Below, piece after piece: positions 1 to 11,756 of a stretch of DNA of 64,000 nt. Location: the NCBI GenBank assembly GCA_951406725.2, contig OX597822.1, positions 91,326,001-91,390,000 of the forward strand. The letters run 5' to 3'. A program made the position numbers and the translations under genes. Each line of letters starts with the position of its first letter. Positions within the stretch are counted from its first letter, which is position 1. This DNA comes from Octopus vulgaris (lineage: Eukaryota). A model generated the notes under the pieces. The model had not been told where the DNA came from, ran no database searches, and was given only the letters and a program-made list of their open reading frames with translations.

Positions 1-305
1 AAAAGAATCTGTTTGAAAAAGTCTAATAATAATACTAATGTGAATTATATATATATTTATATGCATACATACATACATACATACATACACATACATTCGA
101 CATCTTTGGTAGATTTTTTATTTATTTAAAACCCCACGAGATATGTCTGCACCACCGGATACTCCTGAACCAGTTTTTGTGTCCCACAAGAGGAGTGGAT
201 GCTAGATGTGTCAAAACAATTGTTGTGATTAATAATATATTTTCGTATATTCCACCTTCTGTCTTTCATTTGTTATTTCTAATATATATATATATCTATT
301 TCTAT

Positions 306-339
<34 letters not shown>

Positions 340-409
340 TCAAAATATATATATATATTGTATATCAATATATATATACATATATATATATACACACACA
401 CACACATAT

Positions 410-444
<35 letters not shown>

Positions 445-538
445 ATCCAAACAAGAAACCACAAAAAAACACAACAACGCAAGGACGTGAAACAAATATA
501 GTATTATTGGACGCTCAGGAAAGAAGGAAAGAAGGGGG

Positions 539-573
539 GTTTAACGTTTCGAGTGGAGCTCTTCGTCGGAAAC
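539..573 (-). ncRNA. Minimal type I hammerhead ribozyme-like motif (variant core) in a small PLE-type repeat spanning ~441-617
   Basis: Minus strand reads GTTT-CCGACGA-A-GAG(CTCCA)CTC-GAAAC-GTT-AAAC. This gives stem I GTTT/AAAC, stem II GAG/CTC, GAAA and a palindromic AC-GT stem III. The core has C in place of U4. Confidence 0.55.
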
Positions 574-613
574 ATAGGAGAAGGAAAGATCCAGAGAAGG
601 GAAGGCAGAGGAA

Positions 614-669
<56 letters not shown>

Positions 670-705
670 CTGTACATGCTTCAGCCGGATCGTGTTCTGC
701 CCTTA

Positions 706-752
706 CCTTCGAAACACGTATTGAGTCGAAACAGGGGCAGCTGAAGAAGGGG
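706..752 (+). ncRNA. Candidate permuted (type II) hammerhead-like motif
   Basis: CCTTC-GAAAC-AC-GTA-TTG...CAG-CTGAAGA-AGGGG: both conserved boxes are present, with GAAA first, but the stems are short and wobble-rich. Confidence 0.35.
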
Positions 753-1484
753 AATATTCCTTGTATTGTTTGTCTTGTACTCTGTTTTTTCGTTGTTAAA
801 AAAAGTCTGTTTCCTTGTTTGATTTTATGTTTTCGTTTCTCGTTGTGTTCTACGTTTATTTGTGGTGTACTGTACTCATATATGCATGTATATATACATA
901 TACATGTAGGTATGTACATATATGTATGTATGTATGCATATGTTTTATTTATTAAATTGTTATTATATACATATATATATATTGTATATGTATATCAAAA
1001 TATATATATACATATATTGTATATGTCTATCAATATACATATATATATAGTATATGTATATCAAAATATATATATACATATATTGTATATGTCTATCAAT
1101 ATATATATATACATATATATATATATAGTATATGTCTATCAAAATATATATATACATATATACATATATTGTATATGTCTATCAAAATATATATATACAT
1201 ATATACATATATTGTATATGTCTATCAATATATATATATATACATATATAGCTCCTAAGAGCCCATGGCAAAAATATATATACATATATACATATATTGT
1301 ATATGTCTATCAATATATATATATACATATATTGTATATGTCTATCAATATATATATATACATATATTGTATATGTCTATCAATATATATATATACATAT
1401 ATTGTATATGTCTATCAATATATATATATATACATATATACATATATTGTACATGTCTATCAATATATATATATATACATATAT

Positions 1485-2072
1485 AAAATAAATATAAGAG
1501 AGTGGTCACTATATGGCTCACTCTAGCACCAGTTAATCCAAAAGGTTTCAACCACAAAAATACATGTTTCCCATGAAAGTCAGTACGATTGTTAGCTCAC
1601 ACGGACAGGGCAAATAAAAAATAACAAAAATACAGATTATTTTGGGACAATTGTTTCGCTATTAATGAATTAAATGTAATTTTACTTACAAAAAAATCCA
1701 CTTGTAGCTCGTCAGCCAAAACTATCTGGATGAAATCCACTCAATCACACTCCAGATTTTACCATAACGATAAATACGCGTGTGGTTCAATTGATTACAT
1801 CCGACGTTATAATTCAAATGCCCCAACTAACAGTGCGCCAAACTCTCACGGAAAACAAATACTGCATTTAGAAATAAATGCAGCATAATTATAATTAATT
1901 AATAAGGGTGCCATATAGTGACCACTCTCTTATATTTATTTTGTAAAAATATTATAATATATTATAAAATATTATAATAATCCAGGTTTCTCGGAGCACT
2001 AGGCCACTTGGTGTTGAATAGATATACTATTAAATTAGTATCTAATTCTCTCACCCTTATTAATTAATTATA
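1485..2072. mobile_element. Non-autonomous Penelope-like/retrozyme-like element with two interleaved inverted repeats
   Basis: A perfect 33-bp inverted repeat (1485-1517 / 1910-1942) and a perfect 21-bp inverted repeat (1890-1910 / 2052-2072) flank an internal hammerhead. The element sits inside the TA minisatellite. Confidence 0.7.
1640..1721 (-). ncRNA. Type I hammerhead ribozyme with canonical core
   Basis: Minus strand reads TTTTGG-CTGACGA-GCTA...(long loop)...TAGC-GAAAC-AATT-GTC-CCAAAA. This gives a 6-bp stem I, the CUGANGA box, a 4-bp stem II, GAAA, palindromic stem III ACAATTGT and a GUC cleavage triplet at 1648-1646. Confidence 0.85.
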
Positions 2073-2346
2073 TACATATATACATATATTGTACATGTCT
2101 ATCAATATATATATATACATATATACATATATTGTACATGTCTATCAATATATATATATATACATATATACATATATTGTACATGTCTATCAATATATAT
2201 ATATACATATATACATATATTGTACATGTCTATCAATATATATATATATACATATATACATATATTGTACATGTCTATCAATATATATATATATATATAT
2301 ACATATATTGTACATGTCTATCAATATATATATATATATATATGAA

Positions 2347-2413
<67 letters not shown>

Positions 2414-2417
2414 TGAA

Positions 2418-2614
<197 letters not shown>

Positions 2615-2754
2615 GTGAAATTTATATATATATATATATATAGGTGGAATTTATTTACTTGTTCACAATTAACCAAATATTTAATAATTTCAAATTTTAG
2701 TTTGGCCTTTTAATGTCAGAATAACAAAGAACATTTGGTAAGTAAGCAGACATA

Positions 2755-2935
2755 ATACTGTTTCCAATTTAGGTACAAAGCCAGGAAGTTTGTGCAGAGC
2801 ATGTCAGTCAATGACACATACACCACTATTTGACTAGTACTTCATTTTATTGACCTTGAATGAAAAGCAAAGTTGACCTCAACAAGATCTGCAGAACATT
2901 TTTTGCTGCTAATTCCCCACCCTTGACAATTCACT
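2755..2935 (-). mobile_element. SINE family B, degraded copy
   Basis: Shares aaaagcaaagttgacctc and ttattgacc motifs with the better copy at 52645-52882. Confidence 0.6.
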
Positions 2936-4227
2936 ACCCTATTGAATATATGTATTTCAATGCAAAATGATTTCATTTTCCTTTAAGCAAAGTTATTGGA
3001 AAGGTTGACCAGTGAGTGTGATAAATTATAAGGCACAAAAAGAACATCACTCTCCCCAGACACAACTTAATAATTTAAATTCTCTGTTTGGCTTTTAATA
3101 TTAGAATAAAGTAGAAAATTTGATAAATAAAGCAGACATTTTTTACACATTCATTTTCATATTCATGAATGTGGAAATATTGTACATGATAAAAAAACAA
3201 AACAAGCTACTATAATGTGCCAGCTTAGGTAAGAAACATATAAGCTGAAAGTGTCATACTAGTAAGAGTAATGCAGTACATATGAGTTCTTAATGTACCA
3301 CACTGAACATTTAAGAAAAGTATCTGTATAAATGTTTAATTTCTACTTATGAAGTGTGAATTTAAAATCAGTATAAAATGTAAAAGGTACCTGACTCTTA
3401 ACTATTTGTTTTTTTGTACAATAATAATTATTAGTTTTAAAATTAATATAAATTATTATAGAAGAAAAAGAAAAGAAGCCAGAAGAAATATAATAAAGTG
3501 CTCTGTGGCAGAGAAAATAATGTCTATTTTTAAAACATTCTTTTTTTTCCAACAATCTAGCATAAAGTATATAATAAAAAATTTTATTTCATGGCAAAAG
3601 CATAAGGAAGAATTGGGAGCCAAAAGCATAAAGTTATATTTAGTTTTCTTTTATGCATATGTACCCTACTTCTTTTGGACCCTTTTTTTTAAACAGGTTC
3701 GACTGACTGCTGCAGAAAACCAAAAGCTAGGAATGCTACTTCAGTAGCATTAGATTACAAGAAACTAGGAATAAAATCTAACAAAAATATAATCACAATG
3801 TATGAAAAGTCAGAACCATAAAACAGGCAAAAGAATGATAGTTATATGATAATCAAGTAATATTTTGGTAACAAAAACATTGACTCCATTCTTCATACAG
3901 AACCTAAAAAGGTTTCACTATGACACAATTTAAGTGCTGATAGACTTTTTTCTTTTACTTATTTCTGTCATGATGGGGCACAGTCTTGAAAAAGTCTTGA
4001 AGATGAATTGAAAATAATGATTGCATTCTTCTTTGAATGAAATAATAGCAAATATTCAAATTAGATATTAAAATCTCAAATTACTTCCCAAAAGAGTATA
4101 GAGGTCATTTTCTAAATATTCAACAGGAACACACACAACAAAACAGTGTTCAAGCCAAAAATAATTTTGCAACTAAAATACGTAAAACTTTGTAATTTGG
4201 TATGATGTGGTTATTTTAGATGTAGAT

Positions 4228-4512
4228 CAGGCCTGGCCAACTCAAATTACATTGCAGGCTACTTTAATCACGGAAAGCTTTTTGAGGGCCGCTTGTATAC
4301 CAACAGAAATGAAAACATTTTGCTTTCTCATGCTATTATTACAATAATGAATGAATGGTCGCTGATTCAACATGAAGTATTTTCGTTGCAAACAGTAGTA
4401 TCTTTCTTTTTTACTTTGCATTACATTTTAAAAAAGAAAGTATCAAGCGGGATGCAAGATCAAAAGTCTGCAAGCCACGTGCGACCTGCGGGCCTCAGGT
4501 TGGCCAGCTCTG
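4228..4512. mobile_element. hAT-type MITE
   Basis: TIRs CAGGCCTGGCCAAC / GTTGGCCAGCTCTG with a perfect 8-bp TSD ATGTAGAT (4220-4227, 4513-4520). Confidence 0.88.
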
Positions 4513-4600
4513 ATGTAGATTATTAATGATTTTCATTATTTATCAAATATAAAAAAATAAAGGATATAAAAATATATAGAATATAAAGAATACAAAATAA

Positions 4601-4962
4601 AGTTGTGGTTGTGTGGTAAGAAGCTTGCTTTCTAACCAAATGGTTCTGGGTTCAGGCTTTCTGCATGGCACCTTGGGCAAGTGTCTTCTACTATAGCCTT
4701 GGGCCAACCAGTCTTGTGAGTAAATTTGGAAGATGGAAACTGAATCCCCACCCCTCTCTCTCTGTTTGTTTGTCCCCCACCACTGCTTGAAAACCAGTAT
4801 TGGTATGCTTACATCCCTGTAACTTAACAGCTTGGTAAAACAGACTGATAGAATAAGTACCAGGCTTCAAAAAAATAGTGCTGGAGTTAATTCATTTGAT
4901 TAAAAATTTTTCAAGGTCATGCCCCAGCACAGCCACAAGTTTAATGATTGAAACAAGTAAAA
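4601..4962 (+). mobile_element. tRNA-derived SINE family A (CORE-like), diverged copy
   Basis: A-box gtggttgtgtggtaag, B-box gggttcag, core ggcaccttgggcaagtgtcttctactatagcc and tail gaaacaagtaaa. Homologous to 25287-25711. Confidence 0.85.
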
Positions 4963-5660
4963 TATATCAACATTTTCACCAATAGCTGATTATTAATTAA
5001 AATTAGTTGGGGTTTAAAGTTGGATTGCAAATGGCCGCAGCTTTGAGCTGAAACTAGAAAAAAAAAAAAAAGGTAGAAGTAGCTGAATAAGCTCAGTTAT
5101 AATTAATTGAGCTTAAGTTAGAAATATATACTGAACAGTTTGTTATGCAGTCTCTGGTGTGGGAGTAAACAGAGACATTCCATTTTTATACAATGAATGT
5201 AAATACTGAGAGAGTGGGGGAGTGAGAGAGAGAGTGTGTGTGTGTGCGCACGCGTGTGTTTTTCAATTTCAAAAAAATGCAATAAAGCTTTATTCTTAAT
5301 GTGAATTGGACATTCAATATGAAATTTATATTTACTAGTTGCAACAAATACAATAAAATTTGTGTAGGTTACAATATAAGTGGGAATCCTATCCTCTCCA
5401 AAACTTTTCAGTAGTTGTATAGGCAGGTAAACAATGAGGACACATGCATACTATGTAATAGATAAATAGAGAGATTGTTTACATAACTCAGCAAGTCAGT
5501 AGCTCAAATAAGCATTTACTAACAGTTCGGTAGGTCACCATACTATTTAGTGTGGATGATATATCCTTCAATTTATTTTCTATTATTATAAAAAAGTTTT
5601 TTAAAGAATTAATTTCCCTTGATACTTATTACCAGAAAGAAACAGAAACAATAAAATAAA

Positions 5661-5767
5661 ACATTATTTACATTATTTACATTTGACAGATATTTGTCCT
5701 CATCTTGTTTGCTGTTAATTAAGTAAATAATGTACATAATTCCTCATATCTTAAATATAGAAATGTA
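5661..5767. mobile_element. Short copy of the 29679-29999 element (inverted end plus tail only)
   Basis: acattatttacatttgacagatatttgtcctcatcttgtttg matches the left arm. gtaaataatgtacataattcctcatatcttaaatatagaaatgta matches the end of the right arm and the tail. Confidence 0.8.
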
Positions 5768-6799
5768 TTAATAAAATAAAAGTTAAATGAACTGCAATTC
5801 TAGTTTCTTTAATGAAATAAAATCTTCCAGAACTATTTTGAATACTAAATTCGCAAAAATATAATTTGGAAATTTTAACTTGTTAAAATAATTTCAAAGT
5901 AAAGAGAAGTCACCTATTACTTACTTTCCTTTCAACACACACATCACAAATTTATATAACCTACACATATGACTTGGGTGATTTGGCTACTAGAGCAAGC
6001 TGAGGAAACAGGTGGAGATTGAATGAAGTGTGTTGGTGCTGGTAGTCATATTTTTGCTATTGTTTAGGTCAGCCCTGATTAAGCAGACCACTGATCAAAA
6101 GTAGTCTGGCCATGAATAATTGTGTGTGTGGTAATTTTCTTTACAGAAAAAGTATAATTTGGACTATATTATATAACGAGCAAAATGCCCACCCCCGTCC
6201 AATAGCTGGTACTGAGTTGTCAAACATTTAAACCAAATTTTCTCAAAACAACTTGTCCAACCGTCCCATTGGCCTCCCCTTTGAGAAACACTGATTTAAC
6301 CTAAATTTGAGACATCAGCAAAAGAAGAAATAAAGAGAGACTTTTTTCCTATTCCAAAGAAAAACGATTTTATTCACACAAATATGCAACCAAAGAGTTT
6401 AAAGTACCAGTAATTATAAGGCTGTTGACTGGGAGAACACAAACATGGTTTAAACAGTAAGCTTGGCAGGAAAGAAACGTGCCTTTAAAACAACAAAAAA
6501 TGGAAGGTGCAGTTGTGTACAGGTTGACGGAAGAAAAGCAGGACAAAAACGGCTTTATCGATTGCATTCTCACCTGGAATCGATTTTTGTAATTTTTTCA
6601 AGACTTATACACGCCCTGATACCATCGGTATCTACATATCAAATTTGAGTGCAATAGAATGGAGGATGCCCGAGATCTGAGAAGACACACACACAGACAG
6701 AACAGATTTTATATGAAAGATATGTCTTTTTTTTTTAAGACTGTAGTATGAAGTGAGAAACATTTGGCTATTTCTACCAAGTTCAACGATTTCAAAGAG

Positions 6800-6900
6800 G
6801 TTCATTTGTTGACTGTATAGATAGAAAGGCACCCTGGCACACATCATGTCAGGTTGTAAAACAGTACTCACTCAAGGGAGATACAGGTAGCACAAGATAC
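6800..6900 (+). pseudogene. Fragment of an RLE-type (HERO/NeSL-like) non-LTR retrotransposon, zinc-knuckle region
   Basis: Translates as C*LYR*KGTLAHIMSGCKTVLTQGRYR*H, resembling the CxxC..HILxxC..GRYxWRH motif upstream of RLE domains. Confidence 0.5.
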
Positions 6901-7799
6901 AACAAAAGAGGGAAATGACACCATCAACAAATTCCATGAGAGAAAGAGAAAAGCCATTAACACAAGCAAGGAGAATGACCAGAATGGTAAGAATGTCATT
7001 TCAAGGTGCTATCATAATCCATGGTATTACATCTTATGTAATACCATGATAAAAGAAAGTCACTTCCAGGAGAAATTCCCACAGGCTGTGGGAGTTACAT
7101 TGTGTTTCAATTATACTGGGGGAAATAGCGAGGGTAAGACACTGTGGAGTGAGTTTAATGATATGGTCCATGTCACAGGGGTCAGAGGTTAGAGGCTAAC
7201 TGCTGTTTCTATTATATTATTTTTATTTTGCTTTATTATTTTAATTTACTTTCCCACATGTTAGTTTGCTAACATTTGGTCTCTCTGTCCAATGTTTGTT
7301 CATCCCTGTATATCACTGGCGTGATGTCGAAAACTTGGAAGATTTGGCAACCCCATGGTAGAAACAGCTGTAAAGGTTTAGTATTTGTACACTCATCTAT
7401 TTTTATTCGTTTATTTTTATTTATATATTTATTTACTTATTTATTTGCTTATTTCATTCATTTATTTGGATCACTTACACATATGATTGTAATCAATTAA
7501 TAAATAGATAAAATTGAATGTTTATATATATATATATATATATAGACATACATAAACAAAGGTGGTGCCATCAACATCAGACATGCAGACATAGAGGGCC
7601 ATTTAAAAAATATTTTTGAATATTTCTTTCTACATTTATGCTGACTCCTCCAGCCTAAATCAGTAACTGGTTTATTTCTCCTATTATAAATAAGAGGAAC
7701 ACCTTTTACATACAAACATAGCCTTATTCAGACCAGATTTTCAAAATAGACCTTATACCATGTGGAATTCTGTTAACATGATCATGGCTGAAACTAATA

Positions 7800-10700
7800 A
7801 CATCACCAACAGAAACAGCACTGCAGCACCAGTATGCTATTTAAGAAGACATAAGTACTCTTCTAATTTTACTTGGACTCTACATGTAAACCAAGATCTA
7901 CTCAAATGCTATGGAAAAGCCTGTGTAAACCCTTCTATTGGATATATGCAGCAGTTAAAAAAAATATTGGGACAAAGCTCACCCTAACGTAAACATCTTT
8001 ACTGTGAAACAACTTCGACAACAAGCATCTTTTAAAAAAAAAAAAAATGGCTTGCTCTTGTGATATTAATTGAGCTTCTCAGAACATTGAGAAGTAGCCA
8101 AAACCCACCAAAAGAGAGATTAAAAATAATGTAAACAAACTACCGCCATCACTAAATTCTCATGTCTCTCCAAATGTAGTTGAGTCAACTGAGGAATATA
8201 TTCGATTAAGAAATATCCTGAAACCACAATTCGTAGAAAACTTTCCTACTTTTTTGAAACTATAGTTACATGAGAGGCCGTCCTTAGCAAGATTAAAAGA
8301 AAGTTCCAAAAGCTCTAATATTGCAAGTTATTGATATGTCACAGGAGAGCACTTGAAATCATGTGATGTTAATTACTGGAGTATTAATACCTTCATATAC
8401 ATAGCTGCTATCACTCTTAACACCTAGCAAAAACCTGCAATATACATGGTAATGAAACTATTAGATGGAAGCAACCAAGATGGAAAACAAAACTTGAAGA
8501 GAAAACATTAATCACCTATGCCACCATATTGGATGGTTAACCATGATAAGAAACTGTAAGACGAATAATGAGTTTGCACCTCATCAATCATATCTTATGA
8601 ACAAATTAACAAAACTGTATGGTGACTCTTCAAACCCATCTCTTGCAGGGAGGTCAATTACTCTAAAACATGAACTCACAGCTCTGAACAAAAATCTCCA
8701 CTACTGCAGGCAAAATTTTGAACAAGCCTATATAAATTACAATTTTACTTCTAACCCACAGACATTATACAGAGAGATGAGGAAGAAAAAAAAAAACATT
8801 AAGAAATCTACCTTACAAGATCTTGAATCATTCTGGTTGAAAATCTGGAATGAAAAAGGGAATCTAAACCTCAATACAGCATGGCTAAATGCAGTAAAGA
8901 GAGAATACTGTACCAGCATCAACAGTAAAACATATGCAATTGACTCACAAATTTTCATTATAGCTGTAGGCAAACTGCATAATAGGAAGGCATCTAGAAA
9001 GGACCTAATAGTTGGATGCTGGTCTAAGAGGCTGACATTTTACAGGTAATCACTAATAAATATATTCAAAAGTAATCTGGAAGGTCAGATTGACATATCA
9101 AATTGGCTTGCTATCAGAGAAGGAAATCACCAAGTTGCCTGAAAACTACAGGCCAATTGCTTGCCTAGACATTATGTGCAAACTGTACACATGCTGCCTC
9201 AATTAATTCCTCCAGGATCATTGGGAGTCCAACAACATAGGGACTGATAAACAGGCTGGCAGGATGAAGGGAGTACAGAGATGTGCTGAACAACTTTTGA
9301 TAAGCAAAGCATACTGTCGGAGGGGAAAAAAAACCATTGTAAGAGCCTTACAACAGTATGGCTTTATTATAGGAAAGCATTTTACTCTATTCCTCACTCA
9401 TGGCTGCTGAAGTGTTTCCTTTTGGCAAAGATCTGGGCAACAATTCTTACACTGAAAACAGAGAAGGGAATGATCATCTCCAATACCATAAATATTTGAA
9501 AGGGAATGGTCCAAGGAGAAAGACTCTCTTTAATTCTGTTCATTTTGGTGTTAAATCCATAATCATTCCTGCTACAAAACTCACATGCTAGGGTCTGCAA
9601 CTGCTGGAGAGAGATATTGATGTAACCTGTAATTTCTTTATTTTATGCTAAAAATGTTAATGCCAATAAACAGCTGAAACTAATAACATTTTTATCTGAC
9701 ATAAGAATGGAATTTGGCCAAAAGAAATGTTCTTATTTGGTTGTTAATTGGAAAGAATCAATCCCCCAGGCCCAAAACCTGTGCATCAATGGTCTCACCA
9801 TCTCTCCTGTCCTATACAAAGAATGCTTCGTGTATCTAGACATTGATGAAAATATATCATATGAAGGTACTGTGAATAAAGATAGAGTTACCCAAGAATA
9901 TTATACCAGACTTAGAAAAATATGATAGTCAGAACTCTCCTCTTACAAGACAATATCCCACAATGCATTCACATTACCAATGCTGATCCCAACATTTGGA
10001 AGGATACTTGACTGGTCCATAGAAGAAATCCACTCCATAGACATTAAAATCTACAACATTCAAACATCAACTGGAAATCTCCACAGAAATAGTGATATTG
10101 ACAGGTTCTACCTAAGAGATAAAGACATAGAGGCTTGAAATCAGTGCAGACAACCTTTGACTGTCGGTCTCTCTCAAATAACACTTGCTAAACAACAACA
10201 GCAAAACTAAATACATTAACTTAGTGCTGAAAAGTGAAGAAAACAATATCCTATATGTTGGAAGTGAGCTCTTCAGAAAGCACTCTCTTCTTGATCACCC
10301 ATGCAACTGCAAATCAGCTGGACTAGTATACCTCAAAGAAGACCTGGAGTTGAAATGCTCCACATATCAAAAAAAAGACCATGCATGGGTATGTTTCCTG
10401 TGGACTAAAAAGAAGAGCAGTAACATTGACATAAAGTGAAGCCTCTCTTGGAATTGGTACTGCTACATCACACTTTGATGGCAATGCATTTGCAATCCAA
10501 GAACAGGAGACTGCTACCCAGTACCTAAAAAAGCAGATCAAGCCGAAAATGTCGCTAGAAGCTAGGATCACCAAGCATAGATTGGCATATTTCGGTCTTA
10601 TTATGCAGAGAAAATCCCTGGAGAAGGACACCATGCTTGGAATGGTCAGTGGCAAGAGAGAAAGAGGCCGACCAAGAACCCGCTGGCTTGACACCATCAA

Positions 10701-11440
10701 GAGTGATACCGGAATGGATATAGCCAATCTGAAAGAAGCGGCCCAGGATAGAACTGACAGGAGGACACTGATCCAACGAGTAACCGAGAGTCGACTTCAA
10801 CTGAGCGGATAGATAGATAGACCTAAAAAACAAAAAAGACAGCAAAGATGCAACTGAAAATGTAAATATATTTCTGTGGAAGACATCACACGTGATTAGT
10901 ATTGCCCAAGAATTTCATCAATGTACCTCCTCCTCTCTATGCAACATGACATTGTCACAAAAAACAATATGCAATGCCATCCAGAAAAAAGACTATCCTA
11001 GAATAAATATATATGTTGTTGAATATGTACACAAATATCAACACAAGAAATACTGGTGGAACATTCACATCAAAACATCAGTCAAGTGTAAGCATAACAA
11101 GCTGGATATTGTGGTTTGGGACAGATAAGAAAAAAATATGTACTGTCACAGAGGTCAGCTGTCCTGCTGTTGTAAATATCTCTGAAAATCAAAGAGAAAG
11201 AAGAGAACTATGGACAACAGCTTCAAAACCTCCACCTTCTATATCTGGATTACAAATTTACATTTATACCAATAATAATAGGTGCAGTTGATTTTATAAG
11301 TAAATACCAAGTTAGTCAGTCTGGATAAGCTTGGAATTTAAAAAAAAAGAAATCAACCAACTGACTTGCATCTTTTAACTACAATCTGTAAGTGAAACAG
11401 TAAAACTATGCAAGTCTTTTCTCAGGTTTAAAATGTGACC
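7800..11440 (+). mobile_element. Decayed R4/Dong-like non-LTR retrotransposon (RT plus restriction-like endonuclease)
   Basis: Motifs occur in order across frameshifts and stops: ENYRPIACL (~9140), CAEQLLI, RKAFYSIPHSWL (~9371), EFGQKKC, EYYTRLRKI, HRNSDIDR.YL, AFAIQEQ, EDITHVIS, WWNIHIKT...HNKLDIVVWD, EVSCP, PIIIG. The 5' boundary is approximate. Confidence 0.8.
10533..10820 (+). mobile_element. 5'-truncated RTE (BovB-like) LINE inserted into the R4-like element
   Basis: ORF 10549-10812 (RLAYFGLIMQRKSLEKDTMLG..GKRERGRPRTRWLD) is an RTE ORF C-terminus. It has a (GATA)n tail and a 10-bp TSD ACCTAAAAAA (10523-10532, 10821-10830). Confidence 0.9.
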
Positions 11441-11756
11441 AACAATGGAGCTTTGTATCTTTGTTAAGTACCAGCTCCTTCAACATAGGAAAAATTTAGA
11501 TAATTAAAAACAGAGCATAAACACACACAGAGATACATATATTTATGCGTGTGCATGTGTATATATGTGTGTCTGTATGTGTGTGTGTATATATGTGTGA
11601 ATGTGTGTATATATAGATGTATATATATGTGTGTGTGTGTATTTATTCATTTTTTTGTATTTGGTTTGCAAAATTATTTACGTGAATTCATATACTGAAA
11701 CAAACTTTGTTGTCTTGAGAGGATCATTATGCCAATATTAATAACACACACACACT

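Noticed and set aside
185-227. Hammerhead-like remnant CAC..gtcAAAACAATTGTTGTG
   Set aside because: No CTGANGA box and no convincing stem II; too degenerate to call.
3349-3747. 132-aa ORF in unique AT-rich sequence
   Set aside because: K/I/F/Y-biased with no recognisable motif or splice structure; expected by chance.
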